Below are positions 1 through 13,270 of a DNA stretch of 64,000 bases, in pieces. The stretch comes from Mizuhopecten yessoensis. Its lineage: Eukaryota. Where the stretch lies: assembly GCF_002113885.1 (NCBI RefSeq), contig NW_018406437.1:3106-67105 (forward strand), in the 5' to 3' direction. The notes beneath the pieces are model-generated. The model was not told the DNA's origin, did no database searches, and saw nothing but the letters and a program-made list of their open reading frames with translations. The first letter of the stretch is position 1; the number at the start of each line of letters is the position of its first letter. A program made the translations under genes and the position numbers.

Positions 1-728
1 GACAGTTTATTAGAGTCACTATCGACTAGTAGTTCTGTTACTCTCACACAGGTTGTATGTATCAATCCTNNNNNNNNNNNNNNNNNNNNNNNNNNNNNNN
101 NNNNNNNNNNNNNNNNNNNNNNNNNNNNNNNNNNNNNNNNNNNNNNNNNNNNNNNNNNNNNNNNNNNNNNNNNNNNNNNNNNNNNNNNNNNNNNNNNNNN
201 NNNNNNNNNNNNNNNNNNNNNNNNNNNNNNNNNNNNNNNNNNNNNNNNNNNNNNNNNNNNNNNNNNNNNNNNNNNNNNNNNNNNNNNNNNNNNNNNNNNN
301 NNNNNNNNNNNNNNNNNNNNNNNNNNNNNNNNNNNNNNNNNNNNNNNNNNNNNNNNNNNNNNNNNNNNNNNNNNNNNNNNNNNNNNNNNNNNNNNNNNNN
401 NNNNNNNNNNNNNNNNNNNNNNNNNNNNNNNNNNNNNNNNNNNNNNNNNNNNNNNNNNNNNNNNNNNNNNNNNNNNNNNNNNNNNNNNNNNNNNNNNNNN
501 NNNNNNNNNNNNNNNNNNNNNNNNNNNNNNNNNNNNNNNNNNNNNNNNNNNNNNNNNNNNNNNTGCTATCCTCTAATAGTTATGTTACTCTCACACACTT
601 ACCAATCCTCCACAGTTTATCAGAGTCACTATCCACTGGTAGTTCTGTTACTCCCACACAGGTACCAATCCTCCACAGTTTATAAGAGTCACTATCCACT
701 GGTAACGCTCTTATCTCTCTCTCCACAG
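1..728 (+). repeat. 63-bp minisatellite at the 3' end of SLC5 copy-1 intron 1 (spans the gap)
   Basis: Unit accaatcctccacagtttatcagagtcactatccactggtagttctgttactcccacacaggt recurs at 601 and 664, with a similar unit at 1-69. Copy 2 has only degenerate partial units near 30500-30710. Confidence 0.8.
70..563. other. Assembly gap (494 N) inside a 63-bp tandem repeat
   Basis: Run of N at 70-563. Both flanks carry the same 63-bp repeat unit. Confidence 0.99.
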
Positions 729-3700
729 TATCTGGAACTACGATTCAGCAAGGGAGTAAGGACAGCAGGCTCCATGACATTCTCGGTACAGATGGTAAGT
801 CCATAGATTCTGCAGGGGCTAAACTGTACTGGTCTTCGTACTGGTATAAAGTACAATCGGAACACAGGAGCTGATAGGTCGATCGAAACACATCCTCTAC
901 GTTTGGTCTCTTTGCCTTTGCTTTAATCCGTAAGAACGATAAGTGTGTCCCCTCGTATTTTTTCAATTCCATCCTTAGTATGTCGGACGGACGGTGTGTT
1001 TGTCCTTTCCTTACATTGACATTTACATTGCACCTGTGCAATTCGATAGTTTAGGCAGTGTTTTATGTAAGAAAGTAATAATGTCCTCTCTAAACGGAAG
1101 GAACATTTATCCCATTTGTACTTTATATCATAAAAGTATGACATCAAGGATTGTTTCGTTTGTATATTACAAATGAGGTTAGCTTAGTAATATAATTTGG
1201 TATTGTATGGGGGGAACTGTTGATATCTGATCTTGTTTGATTTCCATTGTACATTAATAGAAAAAGTAAAAACGTCAACGCAGAAAGTCAAATCCATCAA
1301 CATTTTTATTACACCGTTCATTACGTTTCCAACTATTTATTGAACATTTAATGAAACTGGACTTTATCGATCGGCGACAGGTAGCTCTATTTGGAGGTAC
1401 CTAGTTCGAATCCCGCTCGTTTATAGAGTTTTTATGTAGAATACATGTAGATGTAATATTCACATAAGATGTAAAGGAACCTCTCCAATAACAAGGTATA
1501 TCTTTGTTTCCAGCTGCTGTACATGGCCCTCGTATTGTACGCTCCATCTCTAGCACTCAATGCCGGTAAGTAGGTTTTTCTGTTTTATATGCTCTCAATT
1601 GTTACAAAAACCATAACTTTAGAATAAAAAATAAAGCCATATCTGACTTACATGTCCATTATAATTCTATATTCTCCGGACGTGTACTGAAAAAAAATGA
1701 TATAGAAAGAGAAGATACAGTTTAAGGAAGAAACAATGTTTCATTTTTACTTATCTCTTTATAAACATATGAACAATTGTTTTGTTACAAAGTCGCGATT
1801 GATAAAATAATAAATATCCTTGTATCATTTTGTTACAACGCACCGCCGTATTCTTGGGATATGGATATACAATATAGAAGATTTCTTGCATACCATATAA
1901 GTGAATATACTTAACATTTATGAAAGACATTGTAATTGTTGAAGTCTCGAAACATTTACAGTGACTGGATTTACTTTATGGGGCTCTGTGATAGCTGTTG
2001 GTGCCGTCTGTACACTCTACACCTGTCTGGTATGTGTGTTTAGTATGTATTGTCTAACAGTCAACTTAATTTGCCTGGTATGTTTACAGAACACTGTACA
2101 CAGACCAAAGTATACCTGGTATAATGTTTCACACTCTACTACATGTCTCTGGTATACATTAGCACCTAAGGCTCATTGATGTCTCCTACAACAGAACAAT
2201 CTACACAGAGTACAGTATACATGGTATAATGTTTCACACCCTACTACATGTCTCTGGTATACATTATAACCCAAGGCTCATAAATGTCTCCTACAAAAGA
2301 ACACTTTACACAGAGTACAGTATACCTGGTATAATGTTTCACACTCTACTACATGTCTCTGGTATACATTATAACCCAAGGCTCATTGATGTCTCCTACA
2401 ACAGAACACTCTACACAGAGTACAGTATACATGGTATAATGTTTCACACCCTACTACATGTCTCTGATATACATTATAACCCAAGGCTCATAAATGTCTC
2501 CTACAAAAGAACACTCTACACAGAGTACAGTATACCTTGTATAATGTTTCACACTCTACTACATGTCTCTGGTATACATTATAACCCAAGGCTCATTGAT
2601 GTATCCTACAACAGAACACTCCACACAGAGTACAGTATACCTGGTATAATGTTTCACACTCTGCTACATGTCTCTGGTATACATTATAACCCAAGGCTCA
2701 TAGATGTCTCCTACAACAGAACACTCCACACAGAGTACAGTTTCCCTGGTATAATGTTTCACATTCTACTACAATTCTCTGGTATACATTATAACCCAAG
2801 GCTCATAGATGTCTTCTGCAACAGAACACTCCACACAGAGTACAGTTTACCTGGTATAATGTTTCACACTCTACTACAAGTCTCTGGTATACATTATAAC
2901 CCAAGGCTCATTGATGTATCCTACAACAGAACACTCCACACAGAGTACAGTTTACCTGGTACAATGTTTCACACTCTACTACATGTCTCTGGTATACGTT
3001 ATAACCCAAGGCTCATTGATGTCTCCTACAACAGAACACTCTACACATAGTACAGTATACCTGGTATAATGTTTCACACTCTGCTACATGTCTCTGGTAT
3101 ACATTATAACCCAAAGCTCATTGATGTCTCCTACAACAGAACACTCCACAAAGAGTACAGTTTACCTGGTATAATGTTTCACACTCTACTACAAGTCTCT
3201 GGTATACATTATAACCCAAGGCTCATAGATGTCTTCTGCAACAGAACACTCCACACAGAGTACAGTTTACCTGGTATAATGTTTCACACTCTACTACAAG
3301 TCTCTGGTATACATTATAACCCAAGGCTCATTGATGTATCCTACAACAGAACACTCCACACAGAGTACAGTATACCTGGTATAATGTTTCGCACCCTACT
3401 ACATGTCTCTGGTATACATTATACCCCAAGGCTCATTGATGTCTCCTACAACAGACCACTCTACACAGAGTACAGTATACATGGTATAATGTTTCACACT
3501 CTACTACATGTCTCTTGTATACATTATAACCCAAGGCTCATTGATGTATCCTACAACAGAACACTCCACACAGAGTACAGTTTCCCTGGTATAATGTTTC
3601 ACATTCTACTACAATTCTCTGGTATACATTATAACCCAAGGCTCATAGATGTCTCCTACAACAGAACACTCTACACAGGATACAGTATACCTGGTACATG

Positions 3701-6700
3701 TATAATGTTTCACACCCTACTACATGTCTCTGGTATACATTATACCCCAAGGCTCATTGATGTCTCCTACAACAGAACACTCCACACAGAGTACAGTATA
3801 CCTGGTATAATGTTTCGCACCCTACTACAAGTCTCTGGTATACATTATAACCCAAGGCTCATTGATGTATCCTACAACAGAACACTCCACACAGAGTACA
3901 GTTTCCCTGGTATAATGTTTCACATTCTACTACAATTCTCTGGTATACATTATAACCCAAGGCTCATAGATGTCTTCTACAACAGAACACTCCACACGGA
4001 GTACAGTATACCTGGTATAATGTTTCACACTCTGCTACATGTCTCTGGTATACATTATAACCCAAAGCTCATTGATGTCTCCTACAACAGAACACTCTAC
4101 ACAGGGTACAGTATACCTGGTACATGTATAATGTTTCACACCCTACTACATGTCTCTGGTATACATTATAACCCTAGGCTCATTGATGTCTCCTACAACC
4201 TCGTCATCACAAATTGTTGTTTTTAATTGTTTTCCATTATGAAAGATCGTTTTTTAGTTTACGATTTTCATAATCAGAACTAGTAGAATTCTAATGCTGA
4301 CAATCCTATAAAATTCTCGAAAGTACGGTTCTGTATCCAACGTTAATTGTGTATCACATATACAGTAAATATTCATCATATATACAGTAAATAGTGAGTG
4401 TTTTTCTTTGTTTCTTCACCCTGATCTGTCTTCTCACGAATACTTCTATATTTCGTTCTTTTAATTTTCCTTTTTCTTAACTTTCTATTCAATTTTATAA
4501 CATAAAATACGACAAAAAAGGAGATTTTTAGTAGTCTTAAAATATTTGAATACAAAGTGTGTTACATATGAGAATCAACGAAAGTGTACATGCATATGTC
4601 TTTGTATAAAACTGCTCTTCTAAATTATATAAACACTGTCCTAATTATTCTACGTTGTTTAAAAATAAACTAATACAAAAATGTAATGAACTATCTCTGG
4701 CTGCCTTGTGAATTTTAACCTATTATGACCTACTTTATTGACAAGGTATGACAGTAATTGAGATTCGGCTTAGTTAATATATTTACCTTGACTTAGAATC
4801 CCTGAATATCGATGTTTATTGTTATTTTGTCGCGGGACAATATTCCTTAAGTTATTAAAAGGATAAAAGTAATCCAGTTAGCTGGTCGACGACATACCAC
4901 CTAGGGAGCTGATGACGGCGTAAAATAGTCAGGTTATGCTGTCATTTGCCGAGCAACCAGATTGCCCACTGCAGTACAGCTCATTTTGAATGCCCATTTC
5001 TGTCTAAAGTTTTATTGTATGTGTGTATCAAATATATCATTCTGAACTAAGTATGGTTTAATGTAAAGCTGTCGTTTCGTCAGCTAGTTTGATCACTTTA
5101 AGACCTGTTTTGTCACTGAAATTATCCAACAAAAATTGACACTCTTGATTCAAGCACCAAAAGTCAGGCACCTTGCAGAATAATTCTGTATATGGGTTCC
5201 CGGACAGAGTTATCTAGCATTCGAGAAATTTGAGATAACGTCAAAAACGTACAAAACGCACACTTCTTGTAAGGATTTCTTAACGCAATTTTAAGTTCTA
5301 CTTTTTTATCAGTATAACAATTATATATAAATATTATGAATCGTGCTCCATTACGTATGTCATATGACAGTATTTACCCAATAATTGTAAATTTTACCCA
5401 CTAATTGTGGATTATGGATTATGACACTTATTGTTATTTGTTGATATGGACAGGGTGGTATGAAGGCGGTCTTGTGGACGGACACTTTCCAGGTAACCAT
5501 GATGTTTGCTGGACTCGTTGCCATTCTAATCAAAGGCAGCATAGAAAGTGGAGGCATTGGGGAGGCATGGCAACGGGCAGTGGACGGAGAGAGAGTTTTG
5601 TTTAACGAGTACGAACTAGTAATATATCGGTAGATGGTCTAAGAGTACGGTGCTCATTTATATATTTTAATATAGTAAGATATATGTCTATAGACATTTG
5701 ACGAGAAAAGTACGTTTCTTTATGTTCTCTTCATAGCTTCGATCCAAATCCTACCAAACGTCACAGCGTGTGGTCTCTAGTGATTGGTGGAACATTTACA
5801 TGGGTCGCCATATACGGCGTTAACCAGGCTATGGTGCAACGTTGCTGTACTTGCTCTTCACTGAAGCAAGCTCGGCTGTGAGTACGTTCATGTTAGACTA
5901 TTTAGATCTTGTGATTTAGTCTGATCTTCGTAGCAATCTGGATTAAAAATTCAAGTGTCACAAAGCTAAAGCAGGCATCTCTAGAAATGACTTTGTTTGG
6001 GAATTATCGGGCTGAGTGACTGCAAGAGTACCAAAATGACGAAACGGGGTTTTTCAACCTTCCTAGTGAGACTTTCTGACACTGACAGGGGAACTACTAA
6101 CAATGGGCCACGCAATAGTGTCCTTTTGTCAATTAACATGTACATATATTGTTAATAACAATAAACGTCTATATAGATTGATTTTCTTACATTTGGGGAG
6201 ATATTATTAAGACATTTATATATAAATAACATGAATGACACTCATGATTAATGAATTATATCATTACGTTACTGGGAATGTTATATGAATTAGTATCATC
6301 CCATTACAGGGCTATATGGTTGAACTTCCCGGGACTCTGTCTGATCCTGTACCTGTCCTGTTTTATCGGTATGGTGATGTACGGGTTCTATAGAAACTGT
6401 GATCCCTTCAAATTTGGTCTCGTTCAGTCCTCAGACCAGGTAAGCTTCAAAGTCCATATTTACTCCTGAATTTTATAACCATGATATTGGTAAGTCTGTT
6501 GTGATCACGGTTTGACATGATAATATTTGATTGTTTTATTGTACCGTGTACACTGTTATTGTCATCAATGCTTTCAAAGTACATGTAAAATATAAAGACC
6601 ACAGGGTTAAAAATTGACAGTTAATTCCCCCCTTACTGCCTCTACCATCATACTCGTTCCTGTTGAAGTTCTTGGAGATTTAAAATATTTCTGTATTTTT

Positions 6701-9700
6701 CACTTACTCTTGTCCATGCCTGAAAATTACCTCCAACATGTGTATGATCCGGTGTTTTTACTTGCTTTTCAAACACGCTGACAAAATATTTGTTTAAAAA
6801 GTATATAATGAACACGAGACTCTTCGACAATCTTTTTTCAGTTGCTTCCCTTGTTTGTGATGGATGTGCTTGGAACCGCACGTGGATTCCCGGGACTTTT
6901 TGTCGCCTGTCTCTTCAGCGGAGCTCTCAGGTAAACCTTATAATGGTCACATATCTCAGGTAAACCTTATAACTCAGGTAAACCTTACAATGGTCACATA
7001 TCTCAGGTAAACCTTATAATGGTCACATATCTCAGGTAAACATTATACTGATCACATGTATCAAGTAAACCTTATAGTGGTCACATATCTCAGGTAAACC
7101 TTATGGTGGTCACATAACTCAGGTAAACCTTATAGTGGTCACATATCTCAGGTAAACCTTATACTGATTACATATCTCAGTTAAATTATATACAGATCAC
7201 ATATCCCTGGTAAACCAAATACTGGTAGCGTTATGTTGATCTCCTATCACATGTTAACATTGTACCGATCATATTTAGGTAACTGGAATATACATGGCAA
7301 ATTTAATGGCTCAATGTGTGCCACCTCGTGGATGAGACAAGAAGACTAGTTGAACCTTTAATGAACATCATAAGAATTTAGCTATAGCGTAAAAGTAAAA
7401 TCGACTCGCTTTGAAGTTGGGTTGAGCTCTTCTGTGATCTTCAAAGGTATTAACCTAAAGATTTGTCAGGGTTTTTTTCCTGATACAAATAAAATAGCTA
7501 GTCGCGCGCCTTCAATTTTGCTATGACATGTTCCAGGGATGCAGTGTAAGTGAGCGTACTCCTTGGGATATGGAGGATGGGTATTCTAAAACAATGCACT
7601 TTACGTTTCGGTACATTTTGTATGTTTTAGAACAGTATGTTGGCTGTTTCAATACATTTTTTGTATAATGTCAGTGTAATAGTACTGTATGTCGTTTCAG
7701 TACAATATGTGTGTTGTTTCAGTACAACTTATGAACTAAATTGAACTATTTCAGTACCATTTATGTGTCGAACAAGTTTTGTTTCCATAGAATACTTTTG
7801 ACGGTTATGTACAATGTATGGGAATTTCAGTTCATTATGTGTCTTTTCAGTACAATATCATCCGGGCTAAACTCCCTGTCTGCAGTGGTATTACAAGATA
7901 TCATTAAGTCCTACTTTTTGCCAGACATCTCCGAGCAGCGTGCGACACTAGTTTCAAAAATCTTAGGTATTTATTTTTATTATTGTTCTTACATTTACTT
8001 GTATTTTCGTTCGTTCTTTTCCCATGTTGGACCTTATACTGTAACACTTTTATATTTTTGTCCTTCACATAGTTTCACCATCTGATCCTTATAACCTATA
8101 AGTTCGACCAGAGTTGAATAAGCCCTTGTATATCAACTACATGTAGTACTGTGAATTATATACTAGTATATGATAAATTTTGCACAACACAACGAGCAAG
8201 ATTTTGGCGTGCATAATTCTCTAGATAGAATTGTGCAGCGGACGCAAACCTGGTTCTTAATAGAACGGGGATGAATGACATGACAACCAAAGGGAACCGT
8301 AAAACTTCCACCCTTCGCCCGTTATAACATGTCATCTTCATTAAACAAAAACGTAATAGCTAGAAATGTTAACTCCATTCCATTTGCTAACGATGCTTTT
8401 TCGACCTTCTAGCGTAACTACCGCGGGATTCTTCCTCACATGGTGAAATAATAATCCAGGACTGAGTCGTGGTAATTATTGCCGCCATGAACTGTTACCC
8501 AAACACCATAAAATCGTCCGGATCTCACCTGTAATGATCCTGTTTTGATGACTGTGTCTTAAAAAAATAATTAACGGTTCTGAAACAAACGAATGGTGTT
8601 ATTACTGTTTACCACTTAACGTAGCTACGATACTGTGTAATTTGTGTTACCAGCCTTGGTGTTCGGTGTGATCTGCTTAGGACTGACCTATGTGGCATCT
8701 TTACTGGGAGGAGTTTTACAGGTACAAGTACTCTTAATGTCCACGATAACGTAAACATTTCTACGTATCACTGTTTTAAGAACAATAGCATAAGTCTACT
8801 GTAGGGAAATTGTCTTCCATCCAGTCCAGAGCTCGGTCGACGCCAAGCCCTGAACTTTTGCATTCAAGTTTTGAATACACTCGATATGAAAAGTTGTCTT
8901 CTGATGTTGTGAAATGGCTAAAACGTTTTATTCTGATTGATTCACAAACAAAGTCATCAAACGCTTTGTATCTATTTTAGTGTAGTAAAAATGTTTTGCA
9001 TTTCTAACCGTAAATTGATCCGATTTACATAGCCTCAATCAATTATAAACTTATTTGATTTCTATGATAACAATAAACTACAAACAGTTGTTCCATCATG
9101 TTTGTATCCTTGAAATATCCAGGCATGTAAAAGAAGAATATGAGAACTCCAATTTGGTATCGATTTCATATTTGCCACCCAGAACTCATTGAAATTGAAT
9201 TTATAGAATCCCATTCGTGTTACCTGCTGACCCATGCTTTGTACCACAGGCTGCCCTGTCGCTGTTCGGCATGATTGGAGGACCGCTACTGGGACTATTC
9301 ATCCTCGGAATGATGTTCCCCTGGGCCAACAAATGGGTAAGAATATGTCATTAAGCAGCGTCATAATTTACACGAAACGTACAACACATAACAAATATGA
9401 CGCTTAACGTTCTTTCTCTAATGTTTTGTTCTTAGGGAGCGTACGCCGGTCTACTGTTTGGACTCGTTTTCATGTTCTGGATAGGTGTAGGGGCGCAGAT
9501 ATATCCTCCGGTCATACCTACGTCTCCTATATCCACCATAGATTGTAACTGGAATCTCACCATAGCGCCAAACATAACCGCCGCATCGTCCATTCTTAAT
9601 TCTACAACGAATGCGCCAACACAAGAGGACAGGTAGGCATTAAATATATTCCTTTTATGCGACAGGAAGACGTAAATTTAACTTATTTGAGTATTTAGAA

Positions 9701-12700
9701 ACATAAGAGAATACCAAAGTATCAAAAACAAACACCCTTCAAATTCTCAATCGATCAATCTACAGCAAAATATGAATAATGAATCTATTTACACTGGGAC
9801 CCATGCCACCATAGAAGGAGAATTAGACCAGGTGTTCCGGAATATTAAGCATCTTCTATTTTATCGACCGCAATGACCAAGTTAATATGTATTATACAGC
9901 ATGCTCGTGGTTTTATGTTTAATTGACGCATTTGGTTCATTATTACAACTTTTATTACTTGTACAGGGAGAAGATGTGAGAGAAAAAAATACTAGTCTAT
10001 TTTGTGTTATACAGACAGAATAATAGTACTTCTTGGGATAAGGTTTCTGAAGTTCGGCCTTGTTTTGCAACTCAAAAGCATACACTTGTATTAAGATTTA
10101 TCTGTATACATCAAACGTAAATGATAGATTGTCTTAATGATCTATTTATCTAACATGTAGCTACCCTTTTATACATGACAGAGGTTGGCGTCCTATTATA
10201 TAGAAAGATAGATAGATAAACAGACAGATAGAAAGATGCCCATGTATATAGGACAGGTTGGCGTCTCTTTAATATGTTCTAAGCTTACTTTTAGCTATTC
10301 GGTTTATCTTCCACCCCAAACTCATACTTATGAATCATTTGTACTTTTTGTTACAGCAATCCTCTCCACAAACTGTACACGTTATCTTACATGTGGTACA
10401 GCGCTACGGCCGTGCTTGCCACCTGTGTAGTGGGACTAATCGTCAGTGGAATTACAGGTAACTTATATAACGGGGTAATTATCAATGTAATCACAGGTAA
10501 ATTGCACATGTGTAATTGGTCTGCTTCTTAGATAAAACGTGTGTGAGTAAAATATATTTTGAAATAAGTAGTATAGTTACTTGTACATTTGTCGTAACGA
10601 TTTTGATAATTAGTCGTTATAGAGATAACATCATCCTAACATGACTAAAACTAGCTACATGTTTCTCTCAAAAGTACCCCATCCCGACATGACCGAAACT
10701 AGGCGTGTAACTCCATCAAACTGTCCCGTCCGGTATATGGTATGCTATGGTTGTAAACTATTTGATAGTCAATAACAAATCAAAGCATAAGAAGACATTC
10801 ACTTATTATAGGATTATATAAACCCAATGTTTGTAGGATTCAATGATCCAGTGGAAGCTGACGCCCGTCTGATCTGTCCATTGTTTGACATTCTGTTCCC
10901 GTATCTACCCGATGTGATCCGCAAACCTATGCGCTTCGGCGTGGACTACAGCACTCTTGAGGTAGCACTTTTACTTGTTTGGTAAATTTTAACGTCTCTC
11001 ACTTTACCTCCTTAAAATGACAAATACAGACATATGTTGGCGGTCAAATGGTTAAATGTACTACATACTACATACGTGAAGGAAATGTTTATATATTATG
11101 GATGCAAATTGGTCAAATGTGTGGTTAGGTGGACGAGATAAAATGCTGGACAAAACTTCACTTTAGGAAACATCATGGATTGTGCGGGTATTTTAATTGA
11201 GAATAATAAACGAAAGCCAATTACGCCTGACTTAGTAAATATTTCCAACATTTTTGCACCATCGTTATATATTCTACCATTATATAGAAACATGTGTTGA
11301 TTATATCTATTCTACCACGTTTCTTACTCAGTGCCCATATACGTGTACACCTATGTTTTTTAAGGTGACCCAGATAATTTATCTATTTATAAATCAAGAT
11401 GCTCATTTGCGAGTGCAAACATCTGTCACGGTTCTTCGTTTTACAATAAGCTGCATGTTTAATCATTACTGGTGCTGTTGGCAGTTGTCCAATTTTGCCC
11501 GTTCAAACATGATATATTTGTAAAAAAATCGTAGAAGTTGATAATTTGATGGATTATCGTAAACATACTAGAAATAAAAAGAACCAACGAAAACGTTGTG
11601 CATAGCTGATGAAAGTTAACATTAACGCACAACCTGCCTTAATGAAACAGGTTCGTTTTGAGTCTGAAAACCCCAAAATCTTCATATTTAGGTGACATTT
11701 GAAAGTATACATTTATAACAATCAATCTCTCGACATCGCTTATCAACACATAGATTGTACACTTGACACATATCTACAAATGATACTGCAAGTCACCTTT
11801 TTGACAGGCTTTAGTAGAATTAGAGGCTAAACAGCGAACCTCCAAGTATAAGGAAAGGATTGTACCCTTCCTCCACAAAACTAAGTCAGTCCTTGTCTCG
11901 CTTGCTTTCATTTGCAATATGGGGAGGTATTTGGAAGGATGTTGCACGTACCTAATTGTTCAAAATTAATACACGCATGAGCATGCACTAGCGTCCAGGA
12001 TTTCATGATTTTTAATAAGAGAAATGCGTCGTCATATCACAGACGTAGTACAGTAAAGAAATAGCAACACATGTGTGTAAATAAATTATGGGAGATAATA
12101 TAACTGAAGTATGAATTCTGAAGTATACATTACTTGTCATAATACTTAAGTATATATCACTTTGTATCATACTAAAGTATGTATTATTTTGTATCATGCT
12201 GTAGCACGTGTAGCATACTCTAGTACGTATTAATTTGTGAAAACTGAAGAGTATACATGTATCACTTTGTATCATACTAAAGTATGTATTACTTTGTATC
12301 TTGTTGTAGCACGTATTAATTTGAATCATACTGTAGTACATGTACGTATTTATATGTATAATACTGAAGTGTGCATTACTTTGTATCATACTGGAGTATG
12401 TATTACTTTCAATCATAGTGAAGTATTTGTTACCTTGTTATTTGTATCATTACATACTACCGAATTATTTATTACTTTGCATCATTAAAAATCTGTATAC
12501 CTTCTTATTACCCTGATTTATACATTGAACATCTCTTTGTTTCCTTCCCGAGATTTTTTTAATTATTATTTTGTATCGTTCCTTAATATGTATAACCTTG
12601 TAAGTTACCGAAATATGTATTGCTTGTATTCATTATTGTGTATTTTAGTCAAGTCTGTACAACATGTAATGATTTTGTATGAGTGTTGCCGTAAGCTTTG

Positions 12701-12947
12701 CATAATTTCAGGGGTTTATTTTCAGACATCATCGGGATCCAGTAATGAATCTGAAGACAAAATGACTGTATCGTCAGATGTCAAAATGAAGTATCAGAGG
12801 AGCTTTGATAAAATCAACGGGATAGAAATGGGCAAGTCTGCAAGTCAAGACAGTGGCATAGAACAGGAGGGAAGTGAAGTAGTTGATAACGATCCACCCT
12901 TGTACGACCAGAACACAGATTCGACGACATATACCACCAAACTTTGA
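729..12947 (+). CDS. SLC5A8-like: SLC5 sodium-coupled monocarboxylate/multivitamin-type transporter, copy 1 (5'-partial, exons 2-15)
   Basis: Exons 729-794, 1514-1565, 1962-2029, 5454-5608, 5737-5877, 6310-6439, 6842-6930, 7851-7966, 8654-8721, 9250-9336, 9436-9632, 10357-10457, 10837-10961, 12726-12947. All introns are GT-AG and the frame is continuous. SSF motifs include [72 protein letters not shown] and LSYMWY, with C-terminal TTKL. Confidence 0.93.
1375..1415 (+). mobile_element. tRNA-derived SINE-like remnant
   Basis: gtagctc... A-box-like and tagttcgaatccc B-box-like motifs. A longer copy lies at 31430-31505 in the paralogous intron. Confidence 0.4.
2085..4198 (+). repeat. 105-bp minisatellite, ~20 copies, in SLC5 copy-1 intron 4
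   Basis: Period is 105 bp (unit starts 2229, 2334, ...). Two units carry a 6-bp insertion. Copy 2 has one unit at ~32412-32521. Confidence 0.97.
6926..7220 (+). repeat. 29-bp minisatellite containing the exon-8 splice donor (~10 copies)
   Basis: Unit ctcag|gtaaaccttataatggtcacatat. The first unit overlaps the true donor at 6930/6931. Confidence 0.95.
7620..7856 (+). repeat. Degenerate ~21-bp repeat mimicking the exon-9 acceptor
   Basis: tttcag|tacaa-like motifs at ~7695, 7717, 7749 and 7825, and at the true acceptor 7845-7856. Confidence 0.6.
12120..12486 (+). repeat. Degenerate ~27-bp minisatellite in intron 14
   Basis: attactttgtatcatact(g/a)aagtatgt-like units. The paralogous intron has a much shorter array (~42370-42486). 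Confidence 0.75.
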
Positions 12948-13270
12948 CCCACATGTATACACTTGTAGCAGTTTTTTATATATTTTTTTGCAAGAGAAGG
13001 TACCCCATTCATCTTCGAAATAACATTGAGCAATTTACCTTGGGATTGCCCGGTAATTTAAAAAAAACATCCTGTTACAACTTTTCATGTCTCGAAAGGA
13101 AATCGTCCGTCTTCCACCCACCATTTGTCACTGTAAGCACTTGATTTGTGGCAAATTCTGTCATGCGCATTTTGACTCCAAGGATGAGTGGTAGGCGGTA
13201 CTCTGTAGCTATTTGTTCGGACCGAACAAAATTCATATATACTGTTTTTGTGTTATAATAACTTTTCCTA

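Noticed and set aside
53-806. Long ORFs at the window start
   Set aside because: Artefacts of the N gap; only 729-794 is a real exon.
745-1041. 98-aa antisense ORF conserved at 30746-31042
   Set aside because: Conservation is explained by the recent duplication. It has a non-ATG start and no recognisable domain.
2229-4226. 273-aa and 385-aa repeat ORFs as a novel repeat protein or CRISPR-like array
   Set aside because: They are translations of a 105-bp (35-codon) intronic minisatellite, out of frame with exon 4 and single-copy in the paralogue. There are no unique spacers and the context is eukaryotic.
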